Below the pieces are notes generated by a model. It saw only the letters and a list, made by a program, of their open reading frames with translations. It was not told the DNA's origin and did not search any database. A stretch of 64,000 bases of DNA from the human T2T-CHM13v2.0 reference genome, Homo sapiens. Positions within the stretch are counted from its first letter, which is position 1. Every line of letters begins with the position of its first letter. The stretch lies in assembly GCF_009914755.1 (NCBI RefSeq), contig NC_060933.1; one strand, written 5' to 3'. The translations under genes and the position numbers were made by a program. This document shows, piece by piece, positions 16,540-37,089 of the stretch.

Positions 16540-16775
16540 TTGCACACTCCATGCTGTGATTCATGCTGGGATCCCATGAGGAATGCTCTGCCCACTGCTG
16601 GGTCCAGCTCAACTGACCTCCTTCATGAAGTCTTTTCTGATGCCTCTCACCACCAGCCCACACAGCTAGACTAGACTGGGCACTCTTTGAGGGCAGAGCT
16701 TAGGTTGGATTCTCCTCAATACTGTCAGTGCCCAGTGAGCACCGGGCCCAAAGCAGGCATGTGAATATCACCTGC
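16540..16775 (+). mobile_element. L2 3'-end fragment
   Basis: gactagactgggcactctttgagggcagag...gcccagtgagcacc resembles the L2 tail. Confidence 0.55.
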
Positions 16776-17091
16776 AAGGGACAGGCCTGGCTTGGCCCCA
16801 ACAGGATTTGTCTGATCTTGTCCCAGTATTGACTAGACTTCAAGGAGGTGTTAGTTCTATCGAAGGTGAAACTGCTCCTGCTGCCTGAATCCCAGGGGCC
16901 TGCTTCTGTCCAGACACGTCTGCCTACCAGCCAAGGTGGAAGAGTCCTAGGTAGCTGGGCCAGGCCCAAGGTAAACCTCGGAGTGCAAGGAGGTGTTCAC
17001 CCTGCACCTGCATACTTCTGGGAGTGAGCACCTTCTTATATTTTGCTCCCTGGGAAGCTGCTTTATAACAATAACAATAACAGCCACACGG

Positions 17092-17697
<606 letters not shown>

Positions 17698-17699
17698 TC

Positions 17700-18160
17700 A
17701 TGATATCTGGGAAGCAGGTACTATGTGTGGGGCTCTGAGCCACTTGCATTGCAGTAAGTCTAATCCACTCTACACCCCAATGAGATGGGAACTTAGACAT
17801 CTCCGTTTTATAAATGAGGACACAAGGCCCAGAGAGGTAAGTGACTGCCAAGCTGACACACAGATTTGCTCCCAGCCCAACCTGGCACAGTCATCCTGAC
17901 CCTGGGGAGGAAGCCATTTCCCTCCACGGAGCTCCATCGTGTTCCCCCAACACCCCTAGACTGTTCCCTCCTCTGAGTCTTTGCACAGGCTATGCCAGGC
18001 ACCAAGTGAAGTCATCTGGTGCCACGCTGCCCTGAGTCCTTGCAACAGCTCTGTGCAGTGGGTGCTATGGTGCTCCTCATTTTACAGGTGAAGAAACTGT
18101 GTCTCAGGGAGGGATGGCGGCTCACCATTGGCCACCCAGGGTGTCGGGGGCAGAGCTGGG
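17700..18160 (-). mobile_element. Two MIR fragments
   Basis: MIR core ttttataaatgaggacacaaggcccagagaggtaagtgactgcc and cattttacaggtgaagaaactg. Confidence 0.75.
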
Positions 18161-18229
18161 AAGAGTTCTCTTCTCCTGCCTCCCCATGGGACTCCTCTGT
18201 GAGACCTTCCACCAACCCTCACCTCATCA

Positions 18230-18760
18230 GGTATTTATGGTTTTGCCCATAAAAGGACAAGCCATCCTGATAAGATAGAAACGTTTTATGGGGCAACAAA
18301 AATATAGATAAAATTTTATAGTGCAAATCAGGAGGAGGAAAGTATTAAGTTCCACAAACACCTTTAAATTTTAAACAGCCCCCATTGCAGGGTCCCTGGA
18401 GGCAAACTTAAGTAATGGATCAGAAAAAGGATAAATCTCCCTGGTCCCCTGTGCGACCGGGGGAGAGGCCTGATCGACAAGCGGACAGCAAAGGTGGGGC
18501 GTGGGTGGCGGCCAATGCAGTGCCGGGCCCTGGCGGGCCGCAGTGCGGGCACAGAGCCTCGTCTTTATTGTACTTATAAAATATACATGGCCCTTTATTG
18601 AATTGCCTGCTGTCGAAATCTGCAAGAACGTTATTGCCTTTTACTGTCCTGGAGAGAAGCAGAGCAGCAACATCTGTGTAATTTCATAAGATGCAGGAGC
18701 CATAAATCTGATTGTGCCGGATATAAGATCGATCGTAAAAAATCACGCATTGAACATGGG
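18230..18760. promoter_or_regulatory. Candidate developmental enhancer: posterior-HOX/CDX motif cluster
   Basis: TTTATGG 18234, CCCATAAAA 18246, TTTTATGGG 18284, TTTTATAG 18314, TTTATTG 18564 and 18594, GCCATAAAT 18699, ATCGTAAAA 18732; GATA motifs 18268-18278; locally retained CpGs; no repeat similarity recognised. Confidence 0.65.
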
Positions 18761-19206
18761 GGATGTCGGGAAGCAGCAGGGGCAGGAGCAGCTTGGGGGG
18801 CCCGTTCCGAACCTCGCACCGCAATTCCGGTGGGTGCTGGCCGGCAGGTGCTTTGGAGGAGCAGGGCCTGCTCTGTGGGGCCCTGGGCCTCTGAGGGAAG
18901 GGCCGCTGTGTCGAGTCAAAACCTTCCCCAAGCTCTGGGGAGACCCACCCACCCAGAGAGAAGCAAGAACCAGAAGGGGACCCAGGAGCCCCTGTCTTTG
19001 GTATAGAAGAAAGACGGGCAGCTGTAGACACAGACACATGCACCCACTCGCTCACAGGCACCCCTGTGTCAGGGACAGCCCAGGGACACAAAGGCACAAA
19101 GGAGACACACCCCCCTTTCACCTCCACCCACCGTGCCCCAGCGGCCTGATTCTTCCTTTCTGTCAAAACTTGCTTCATATCTTCAATTAAAAACTCAGTG
19201 ATATGG

Positions 19207-19519
<313 letters not shown>

Positions 19520-20237
19520 AAAAACTCAGTGATATTGAATACACCTGTTGATATTTGGGGGTAGAGACAACCAATAAAACCCCTCTCTTTCCCTCTGAAC
19601 TTGGAAGCAATGGGAAAGAAGTCACAGAGACAGGTGAAATACGGGCTGGGTGACTGATGAAGCAGATTGGAGAACACGGCTTCCTGAGCCACCCAGTGGG
19701 CTTCCTCATGCTCCTCCTGGACTGAATTTGCCCTTCCACTCACATGCTACCCCTGCATGGGCAGAGGCCTCTGGGGCTGCCTACAGTACCCCTGTCATGA
19801 ACAGGCAGCAGGCACCCTCCCCGCAGGCAGGCCAATGGGTCAAGAGAGCCCCACAGGGACTGGGAGGGGCAGGCTCAGTTCCTACTCCCAAATACACGGT
19901 CAAGTCTCACCTCCCTTGGGGCGGAATCAGTGAGGGATGCAGAGAAAAGTCAGGAGTATTCCTCATGGAAGTATGAGTCTTCCTAGCAACAAGGGGAGCT
20001 CCATCCCTGGCCTCTCTCCTGAGATGAAGTCCCAAGAAACTCATCAGAAAATGTGAGAAAATGGGAAAGGTTTGCACAACAACTCTCTGTCCTCTGAATG
20101 CCTGTAAATTACTTTTTCCTCTTAATCACAACTGCCCTTGCCCTAAAGTTGTGTGAGAAGAGTGAATTTTTAAAGGGCAGGAAAATGATACCGAGAAAGC
20201 AATTGGTTGCTCCCAAGGAGATGGTTTTCCAGCAGCA

Positions 20238-21707
<1,470 letters not shown>

Positions 21708-21934
21708 AAGCACTCTTCCTAGGAGCTCCTCTTCTCCAGCCACAACCAGGACCCAGAAGGATCCCTGAAATTTGTGTTTTGAAGCAGACTACAATGAGAA
21801 GGCAGGCATGGTGGTGTCAGACTGATGAGCGCAGCCAGGGGCTATGACCAGGACAAGGACTGTGGCCCTAAATTCAACCATGGGATTCTTTACATGAAGT
21901 CCTCAGACCTACAATTGGGGTAGATGGTATAGCA

Positions 21935-22690
21935 CACTGTTCTTGTCCAATCAATCAGCCATTGCCAATCTCACTTACCCTTGCCACCATCCACTATAGG
22001 CCAGAAAGCTGTTATTTTTCTCCCAGGCTCTTTTGCAACTGGGATAGCCATGAGATCCAGTTTTGACAATGAAATGTAAGTATTCCAGGTGGCTTCTGGG
22101 TAAGAAGCAGCTAGTGTCATCTGCCTTTCCTCCATCCTGCCAGGGACAGAGACATGCTGTCTGGAGTGGTGACAGCTACCTTGTAACCATAAAAAAAGTG
22201 AGAACAAGTTGACAGTCATGAGGAGAGAGAGGCCCACCTGCTAAGAATATTGAGTTAGAAAGAGAGAGAGGGTTTTTTTGGTTTTTTGTTTTGTTTTTGA
22301 CCTTGGCTCACTGCAACCTCTGCCTCCTGGGTTCAAGCCATTCTCCTGCCTCAGCCTCCTGAGTAGCTAGGATTACAGGCGCCTGCCACCACGTCAGGCT
22401 AATTTTTGTATTTCTAGTAGAGACAGGGTTTCCCCATGTTGGCCAGGCTGGTCTCAAAGATCTCAGGTGATCCGCCCACCTCGGCCTCCCAAAGTGCTGG
22501 GATCACAGGCATGAGCCACCACATCCAGCTGAAAGAGAAAAAGAGCTTTGAAGGCATGAGGAGAGGGTCAACCACCATAAGCAACCACCTTTCTCCATTT
22601 TTTTACATGAGAAAATAAGTCATTTGTTTGAGCCAACGTGCGTTGGGTTTTCTGTTATCTACACAGCCCAACACAATCTCTATCTGACCA
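21935..22690 (+). mobile_element. MLT1-type LTR interrupted by an antisense Alu (22273-22530)
   Basis: ttttgcaactgggatagccatgagatccagttttgacaatgaaatgtaag; 3' end ttgtttgagcca...gggttttctgttat. Confidence 0.65.
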
Positions 22691-22789
22691 ATAATGGTAA
22701 CCAACTGGGGAAAATGCAGCTTTGAAAATGGGTCTCCCCCTCTGTGACGCAACACATTGCACCAGTGTACAGATAACAAAGTGTTTAAA

Positions 22790-23092
22790 AGAAATGCTCT
22801 CCAATTTGGCAGGAGTGTGGGGAAACAATCATTCTTATGTACTGCTGGTGGAAGCATAAATTGGTTTAGCCTTATTAGAGAGTAATTTGGCTGTATCTAT
22901 TACACTATAAAATGTAGAAACTCTGACCTAGAAGCTTTAGCTCTATAAATCTATCTTAAAGAAATAATCACATGAATGTATAACGTGATAAGCATAAGAA
23001 TGTTTACTGTAGCATTGCTTATAATGGCAAAAATTGGAAGCAACCTATATTTCCATCAGCAGGCCCACAGTTAAATAAGTTATGGTTGATGC
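22790..23092 (+). mobile_element. L1ME-like 3' fragment
   Basis: tactgctggtggaagcataaattgg...aatgtttactgtagcattgcttataatggcaaaaattggaagcaacc. Confidence 0.75.
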
Positions 23093-23710
<618 letters not shown>

Positions 23711-23759
23711 CGTTTTAAACACAAATGGAAGAGTACTCAGGCTTTAAAAGGGTGAGGTA

Positions 23760-24140
<381 letters not shown>

Positions 24141-24198
24141 TTAGTATGATTCCAATTTTGGAAAAGAAAAAAAGTGAGTGTTGCGTGCATCAACAAAG

Positions 24199-24500
24199 TT
24201 GTTTTTTGTTTTTTCTTTCAGACAGAGTCTTGCTCTGTCACCCACGCTGAAGTGCAGTGGTCTGATCTCAGCTCACTGCAACCTCCACTTCCTGGGTTCA
24301 AGCAATCCTCCTACCTCAGCCTCCTGAGTAGCAGGGGCTACAGACATGCACCACCACACCCAGCTCACTTTTGTATTTTTGTAGAGATGGGGTTTTGCCA
24401 TGTTGCCTAGGCTGGTCTCAAATTCCTGAGCTCAAGCGATCCACCTGCCTTGGCCTCCCAAAGCGCTGGGATTAGAGTTGTGTGCTACTGCGCCCCGTCC
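24199..24500 (-). mobile_element. AluJ-like SINE
   Basis: Alu consensus. Confidence 0.92.
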
Positions 24501-25162
24501 AAAGTTCTTAAAGGACATACTAAACTACTAACAGTGGTTACCTTGGAGTGAGCTCAAGGAATCACTTTTCATTTTTTGCACATCTGTTAATGTATTTCTT
24601 GTGTAACTGAAATGATTTTTAATAGGAAAGAGAGAGGAGTAACGGCAGCAAAACAGTGGCTGCTGCATTTTAATCATAGAAACTTGCACATTAGAAACCG
24701 GGTTTCTGTAAATACAGAGGGGCCAGTCAGGGAAGAGAAGAACTACAGAGAAGGCAGCCAGACAAGGGGACCGTGCCAGGGGACAGCAGCTCAAAGGAGG
24801 CTGTCAGTCAGGGTTGAGACGCCACACTTGCGCAGCATCCTGGCGGCACTGCACTGCCCTGCTGTTCAGCTTCAGTGCCGCTGCCCTACTGCTTGTTAAA
24901 TATTTTGAATCTCCTCCCTGACCTCTAGGGACCCATGGCTGGACGTCACCACCAAGCCCTCTTGAGAGGGGCACAAGATATGAGTTTTCTAAGGGCTGCT
25001 GTTTAGTAATGCTGCGTGTAATTCACCCACTTCAGTGGGTGACAGACAAAACAGACAAAACATGCTATTGACAAGGAAAGGAATAAAAAATTGGCAGCGG
25101 ATATCAAATTTACTATACTAAGTGTGAGAGAGAAGATATCTTTTACAGAGTTCTGGAATTAA

Positions 25163-25518
<356 letters not shown>

Positions 25519-25879
25519 GATGCTCGACTTCTATACCCAGTCAGAATACTATTCATAAAAGACAAAAGCAGTTCAGACCTGTACCACCAATATATCCTTT
25601 CTGAAAAAGTTACTTCAAGAAGTATCTAGTTAAAATAAGGTAGTTTTAAAATGTGGTCTACAAGAAACATGAGTAAGAAATCAAAACTGTTAAGCTGATA
25701 GTTTATTCTAATGGCTGACAATGTGGTTGTGGAATTTTATGCAATCTTTCAAAAAAGATTCTTGAAATATAAGAGGCATAGAGTAAACAACTAATAATAA
25801 TGTGTAATTTACCTTATTGTTAATTTAATAATGCTTTTTAAGTGTAGATGATAACGAAAGAGGCATTAAGACATTGTAA

Positions 25880-26191
<312 letters not shown>

Positions 26192-26574
26192 TGTAAAGGA
26201 CAACTCTTAGCTGAAGAGCAAGAGAGAGGTTATAGGCACCACTTAACTTTTGACATTGATAGAACCATAATTTTAAATATGTTAAAATTTTATATCAATA
26301 AAACTAGTAGAAAAGCATATATAGTTACCCAAAAAGGGGGAAAGAAAAAGAAGAAAGATCAACGCCCTACAGTACAAGCCAATAAGGAAAAAAAAAAAAA
26401 AAAGCAAACCACACAACAGTGTAAGAAACAGAAACGTAACCCAGGGGGTGAAAAACAAGATCATACTGTTGCATCCAGAGGGAAAACTCAATTATTAACT
26501 GAAAAAAAATTTTTAATGTTAAATTCTATTAAAAAACAAAGATTCTCAGATTAAATAAAACAGAAAAACTACTT

Positions 26575-27090
26575 CCAGTTACTTCCTGATGAGTAACAAA
26601 CCACTCCAAAACTTAAAACAACAATGAACTGTTATTTCTCATGATTTTGTAGCTCTGGGATGCCAGCATGGCTTGGCGGGCGTCTTTTGTTCCACAGGGC
26701 ATGGGCTGGGCTCACTCATTTAAGCTCCATCCTGCGGGCGGCTGGGCTGAGCAGTCCAAGATTTTACTCACATGGTGCCTCCGTGCTCCTGCACTGTGGC
26801 CTCTCTTTCTCCAAGCCTGACTCACAGTTTAATATTCCAGCCTGAGCTTCCTTAAAGTATGCCTGCTGGTTTCCCCAACACAACCTGAAGTCACCTGACT
26901 GCTTAAAGGCTAGGTCCAGAACTGACATCATATCACTTCCTCTGCTTGCTATTGGTCAAGGCAAGACACAAGGCCACCCGTATTGGAGGAGAGGAGAAAC
27001 AGACCCCACCTCCTAGTGGGCAGAGCCATCAGGCACGAGATAGGCACAGGAAGGATTTATGGTGGCCATCTTTTGGAGACTGCCTACCTT
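26575..27090 (-). mobile_element. MLT1G/H-like LTR
   Basis: gtaacaaaccactccaaaactta...tcacttcctctgcttgctattggtcaaggcaag...ggccatcttttggagactgcctacc. Confidence 0.7.
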
Positions 27091-27216
27091 AATTATGCTT
27101 TACAAGGGATTCCCTCCAAAGTTAAATAATTCTGAAAAATCTAAAATAAATATATTCCAGGGAAATCCAAATAGAAGAAAGAGAGTGTGGCAGTGTTCAT
27201 ATTTTCAAAAGTGTAA

Positions 27217-27557
<341 letters not shown>

Positions 27558-27609
27558 GGATTTTTTAAATAATTGTATTGATAAAATACCCAATCATCAA
27601 GAAAAAATA

Positions 27610-28120
27610 ATAGACATTTGTCGAACACTTACATGAATAATTTCATTTAATCTCATAACAATTATGTGAGGTAAATGTTATCTTTTTTGCCCCATTTAAC
27701 AGATGAGGAAACTAAAGCTTAGAAAGATTAAGTAATTACTCCACCCCTACGTATTTTGTAAGGGGAAGAACCAAGATTTGAACCCATGTACCCTAACACC
27801 AGAGTTCGTGCTTTTGTTTATTGTTTTTGAGACAGGGTCTAACTCTGATTCCCAGGCTGAAGTGCAGTGGCATGAACATGTCTCACTGCAGCCTCGACCT
27901 CCTGGGCTCAAGTATCCTCCTACCTCAGCTTCCTGAGTAGCTGGGACTACAAATGCAAGCCACCGCTCCTGACTAATTTTTTTTTTTTTTTTTTGTAGAG
28001 ACAGGGTCTCAAACTCCTGGGCTTAAGCGATCCTCCTGCCTCCTCCTCCCAAAGCATTGGGATTACAGGCATGAGCCACCTCGCAGGGCCCAGAGTTTGT
28101 GCTCAATCACTGAGTGGCTG
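27610..28120 (-). mobile_element. MIR interrupted by AluJ (27811-28090, -)
   Basis: cccatttaacagatgaggaaactaaagct MIR core; TSD-like ccagagttYgtgct. Confidence 0.8.
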
Positions 28121-28141
28121 AGTAATCATGAATCTGAATCA

Positions 28142-29728
<1,587 letters not shown>

Positions 29729-29759
29729 CTATGTCACACACCAATTCAATTTGTAAATT

Positions 29760-30410
29760 CTACACCAGAGTTCTGATGCTGGCCAAGGCAATGTGTGCCA
29801 CCACAACCTCTCTGTCCCACTGACTGCCAACTAAAAGATCTGGACAAAATACAAAAAGCACTGCCTGAGGATTCAGGAAATAACAAGTAGATTGGCAAGA
29901 GGGGCAAAAACTTGAAGAAAGACCCTAATGGGGTGAGTTTCCAGGGTTGTGTTCCTCTTTTATCACCCAGCTTTGACCCGAGGGTGGCCCAGATCTGGAA
30001 CTGTGTAGCAGGTGCAGGCAACAAAATCTCCAAGAGAAACCCATCTTCCTGAACGGATAATTGGAAAAGGGGCCTCTTGTGAGTTACAGAGTGTAGGGTA
30101 TCTTTTCTTCTCTTTTCTCTCTTTCGACCTGTCCTAAGGGTGAGCCAGTCAGAAAGCTACACTATGGTGGCAGGGGTGGTGGCACAGACACCCAAAACCC
30201 CCAAAGAAAACCCATCTTTCTTGCCGGATGAACCAGGAATAGGGGGTGTGAGGGGGGAATCCCCCTTGCTTTTTCTCTTTCTTTTCTCTCTTTGCATTAC
30301 CCTGAGGGCGGCCAAAGCCATGTGGAGCTATACAGTAGATTATCTAGAGTTTTAGCCACCTGTGCTATTGCAGAAGCCAGAAGACTGGTCTAAACACACC
30401 AATTAAAAGA
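29760..30410 (+). mobile_element. Old L1M 5'-end (5'UTR) region with tandem subunits
   Basis: aactaaaagatctggacaaaatacaaaaagca...ggggtgagtttcc; two related units beginning aagaRaaacccatctt at ~30032 and ~30204. Confidence 0.55.
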
Positions 30411-30417
30411 CAACACT

Positions 30418-31117
<700 letters not shown>

Positions 31118-32207
31118 TTAATGTAATTACATAGATAGATTAAAAGTAAAATGATAGAAAAGGTTAAACCATATAAATACTGATCAAAAGACAGCTGGAG
31201 TGGCTATATTAATATCAGACAAAGTAGCCTTCAAAACAAGCAATATTACCAGGGATAAAGAGAGATATTACATATTAATAAAAAGGTTAAGGCTAGGTCC
31301 AGTGGCTCATGCCTGTAATTCCAACACTTTGGGAGGTTGAAGTGGTTGGATCTCTTGAGCCCAGGAGTTCAAGACCGACCTGGCCAACATGGTGAAATCC
31401 TGTCTCTACTAAAAATACAAAAATTAGCCAGGTGTAGTGGCGTGTGCCTGTAATTCCAGCTACTCGAGAGGCTGAGGCAGGAGAATCTCTTGAACCCAGG
31501 AGGCGGGAGGTTGCAGTGAGGCGAGATGGTGCCACTGCACTCCAGCCTGGGTGACAGAGCAAGACTCTGTCTCAAAAACAAAAAAAAAAAGTTAATTCCC
31601 CAAGAAGATATAAAAATCCTAAAGGTTTATGCATATAACAACAGAGCTTCAAGAAGCACGAAGCAAAAACGGATAGAACTCAAATGAGAAATAGAGAAGT
31701 CCACTATTATAATTGGTGAGTTAAACACTCCAATAGAAAAAATAAACAAAAATTAGCAGGGATATGGAGGATCTGAACATCACTCTCAACCAGTGTGGCC
31801 TAACTGACATTCATAGAACCCTCCATTCAACAACAGCAGCATATACATTCTTTCAAGTGTGCGTAAAACATCAAGATAAACTGTATTCTGGGCTATAAAA
31901 CAAACCTTAACACTTGTAAAAGAATAGAGAGAATATAATTCCTCTGACCATAATGTAATTAAACCAAAAACCAATAACAGGAAGCTATCTTTTAAAATCC
32001 TCAAATATTTTGGAATTAAATAACATACTTCTAAGTAACCCGTGGCTCAAAAAGAAAGTCTCAAGGGAAATTTAGAAAATGTTTTGGGCCAGGCATGGTG
32101 TCTCACGCCTGTAATCCCAGCACTTTGGGAGGCCATGGCAGGAAGATCACTTGAGGTCAGGAATTTGAGACCAGCCTGGCCAACATGGCGAAACCCTGTC
32201 TCTACTA

Positions 32208-32536
<329 letters not shown>

Positions 32537-32645
32537 TTATCCCACAATGGTTAGCAATACTGTACTATTTTATGTATATATAAAAATTTGTTAATACTGT
32601 AGATCTTAAGCTATGTGTGTGTCTTTAAAAATTTCTTCCCTTCTC

Positions 32646-32935
32646 GGCCAGGTGCGGTGGCTCATGCCTGTAATCCCAGCACTTTGGGAGGCCGAGGTGG
32701 GCGGATCACAAGGTCAGGAGATCGAGACCATCCTGGCTAACATGGTGAAACCCCGTCTCTACTAAAAATACAAAAAATTAGCCAGGCGTGGTGGCGGGCA
32801 CCTGTAATCCCAGCTACTCAGGAGGCTGAGGCAGAATGGCGTGAACATGGGAGGTGGAGCTTGCAGTGAGCCTAGATCACGCCACTGCACTCCAGCCTGG
32901 GCGACAGAGCAAGACTCCGTCTTAAAAAAAAAAAA
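32646..32935 (+). mobile_element. AluY-like SINE
   Basis: gatcgagaccatcctggctaac; agaatggcgtgaac; gagcttgcagtg. Confidence 0.92.
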
Positions 32936-33514
32936 CAGTTCTTCCCTTCTCTTCTGAAACATATGTGTTTTATTACAATAAAAAAGTTGTGAGATACAGC
33001 TAAAACATTGCCTAGAGGGAAATTCATAGCATTAAGTGCTCATATTAGAAAACTAAAGAAAGGTAGCAGACTGAGTAGCATGGCTCATGCCTGTAATCTT
33101 AGCACTTTGAAAGGCAAAGGTGGACAAATTGCTTGAGACCAAGAGTTCGAGACCAGCCTGGGCAACATGGCAAAAGTCCATCTGTACAAAAAAATACAAA
33201 AATTAGCTGGGCCTCGTAGCACACATCTGTGATCCCAGCTACTCGGGAGGCTGGGGCAGGAGCCTGTGCCCAGGGAGGTCGAGGCTGCAGCGAGCTGTGT
33301 TCGGGCCACTGCACTCCAACCTAGGTGACAGAGAGATACCCTGTCTCAAAAAAAGAGAGAAAGGTATCAAATGGAATATATAAGCTTCCATCTTGAGATA
33401 TTAGATAAAAACCAAATTAAACTCAAAACAAAAAGGAAGAAAAGTATTATAAGCATAAATCAATGAAATCAAGAACAGAAAAGCAATAGAGATAATCAAT
33501 AAAATAAAAAGCTG

Positions 33515-33822
33515 GGCTGGGCACAGTGGCTCACGCCTGTAATCGCAACACTTTGGGAGGCCAAGGCGGGTGGATCATGAGGTCAGGAGTTCAAGACCAG
33601 CCTGGCCAAGATGGTGAAACCCCGTCTCTACTAAAAATACAGAAAAAAATCAGCCGGGCATGGTGGTAGATGCCTGTAATCCCAGCTGCTTGGGAGGCTG
33701 AGGCAGAGAATTGCTTGAACCCAGGAGGCGGAGGTTGCAGTGAGCCAAGATCACACCACTGCACTCCAGCCCGGGCGACAGAGTGAGACTCCATCTCAAA
33801 TTAATTAATTAATTAATTAATT
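33515..33822 (+). mobile_element. AluS(g)-like SINE with (AATT)n tail
   Basis: TSD aaaataaaaagctg at 33501-33514 and 33823-33836. Confidence 0.93.
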
Positions 33823-33840
33823 AAAATAAAAAGCTGGTTC

Positions 33841-34134
33841 TTTTTTTTTTTTTTTTACATGGAGTCTCGCTCTGTCGCCCAGGCTGGAGTGCAGTGATGA
33901 TCTCAGCTCACTGCAAGCTCCGCCTCCTGGGCTCACGCCATTCTCCTGACTCAGCCTCCCGAGTAGCTGGGACTACAGGCACCTGCCACCAGGCCTGGCT
34001 AATTTTTTGTATTTTTAGTAGAGACAGGGTTTCACCGTGTTAGCCAGAATGGTCTTGATCTCCTGACCTCATGATCTGCCCGCCTCAGCCTCCCAAAGTG
34101 CTGGGATTACAGGTATGAGCCACCCTGCCCGGCC
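33841..34134 (-). mobile_element. AluY-like SINE
   Basis: TSD aaagctggttcttt; Y diagnostics. Confidence 0.93.
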
Positions 34135-35309
34135 AAAGCTGGTTCTTTCAAAAGATCAATAATATCAGAGCCCATGGGTTATTTTTACTCATACTTACTC
34201 TATGACCTTAAATGATTTTATTAACAAAGAAGAAAGATTACAAATAAAGAAACCAAGCATTCTTCTCAAAAAGTTAGAAGAAGAAAAATTAAAAAGTAGA
34301 AAGAACAAATTAATATAAAAGTAGAAACATAAAAGTAGAAATTGCCTAGGTTTAAATCCCAGCTCCACATTTATTAGCTGTGCCCTTAGACAAGTCACTT
34401 ACTAATTTTGTGATTCAATTCCCTCATTTGTAAAATTAGATAATAGTAGTCCCTAACTCATAAAGTTGTTATGAAGATTGAGTTAATATAGCTTAGAACA
34501 GGGCTTGGAACAGAGGAAACACTTCGTAAATATTTGCTATTATATTTCTCTACTTCTGCTACTATTACATTTTTTATAATTCTGATGAAGAAATGAAAAG
34601 AAATAAAACACAAAAACACATCATGAGTAAGATGAGATCTTTTTTCCCTTTTCTTTTTTTCTTTTCTTTTTTCTTTCCTTTTGTAGAGACGGGGTCTCAC
34701 TCTGCTGCCCAAGTTGGTGTCAAACTTTTGGCCTTAAGCGATCCTCCTGCCTCAGCCTCCCAAAGCACTGGGATTACAGACATGAGCCATAGCACCCAGC
34801 CCTAAGATTAGATCTTTAAAAGAGAGGGAAAGATACAGAGATTTTTTTTAAAATCATAAGTAAAACTATTTTTTTATTCTAATAAATCTGAACTTCTCTA
34901 GGTAGACAGAATAATTACTTCAGCAAAATATAAATGACCCAAATTGACTCAATCATGAGAAGCCAGAAATGATTAATAATGTAACAAGTTTAAGGTAATT
35001 GTTAAAGGCCCCAGGCCAGATGGTTTTACAGATGAAGTAACAAACATTTGACAAACAGATATTGCCTAAATTCCTTAAAAAGTTTTTGAAGTACTAAAAA
35101 GCACTAAAATATATGGAAAATTTTCTATTTGTTTAATGAATATTGGATAATCCTGACACCAAAACAAAACAAAGCACAAAAAAAGAAAACTTTGTTGAAA
35201 AATTTCACCTACATGCAAAAATTCTAAAAACTATGTGAGCAAACAGAATCGAGTAAAAAGGGTAGCAAACTATTATCAGATTTATTCCTGGAAGCAAAGG
35301 GTAAGGTTG

Positions 35310-35550
35310 GTTTCACTCCAGAGCATGGGTTTTGGAGGTAAACTGCCAGGTTTTGAATCTGGCTTCACTACTCACTAAGAACTAGCTGGGTAACCTGGGT
35401 AAGTGATGTAACCTCTCTATGGTTGTTTTCCTGTTTGTAAAATGGAAATAATAATACCTAATTCAGAGGGATGGGAGGAGTAAATTTAAATTATTCATTT
35501 GAAGAACTTAGTTAAGTATTTGGTATATAGCACTCAACAAGTGTTAGCTG
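35310..35550 (+). mobile_element. MIR
   Basis: ggttttgaatctggcttcactact...ctgggtaagtgatgtaacctctct...tgtaaaatgg. Confidence 0.75.
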
Positions 35551-35578
35551 TAAGTATTCATTTAAAAAATAATTTCAA

Positions 35579-36315
<737 letters not shown>

Positions 36316-36783
36316 TCAACTAAATTTCTCCGTTTCTGAGTGGGAGAGTGGAGGGATATGGAGAGGAAGGCAAGACAGGGCAGGAAACTCAGATTCAGGG
36401 AGCAGGGACCACACGGTGAGTCCCTGTGTTCCTGGGATTCTTCCAGGCCAATCTTCGTATATTGGTTTGACAAAATTAGTACCAAATTACCTAGGGGATT
36501 GTGGAATTGCCGCTCCTATCCTAGAAGTCTTAGCCAGCCGAGCTCAGAATCTTCCCCATGGATATTTAAGTCATAGCAGCAAACAACCACCAGGAGACAG
36601 CAATCTGCCGCTGAAGCAGAGGCACATTAGATGCCACAAACAGACAGACCCTGGGAGCGCGGGACCTGCTGGCTGCTGGGGCTTCCTCCGCCACATGCGA
36701 TTCTCTGATCTTGTGGGATATTTTGAACCACATAGGATGCATTGTGGTGGGGTTTCACTATACTAATTTAAAAGAGGAAAATT

Positions 36784-37087
<304 letters not shown>

Positions 37088-37089
37088 AG

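Noticed and set aside
18440-18920. CpG-island promoter of an unannotated gene
   Set aside because: The CpG-rich stretch is short and patchy and I see no downstream exon structure; treated as an enhancer candidate. A lncRNA start cannot be excluded.
24820-24920. GC-rich element ending gttaaatattttgaatctcctccctg as a novel motif
   Set aside because: Resembles the terminus of an ancient hAT-like DNA transposon; family not assignable from memory.
36650-36685. Second CTCF-like motif (minus strand CCAGCAGGTCCCGC)
   Set aside because: Two mismatches in the highly constrained GGC part of the core; too weak without ChIP data.
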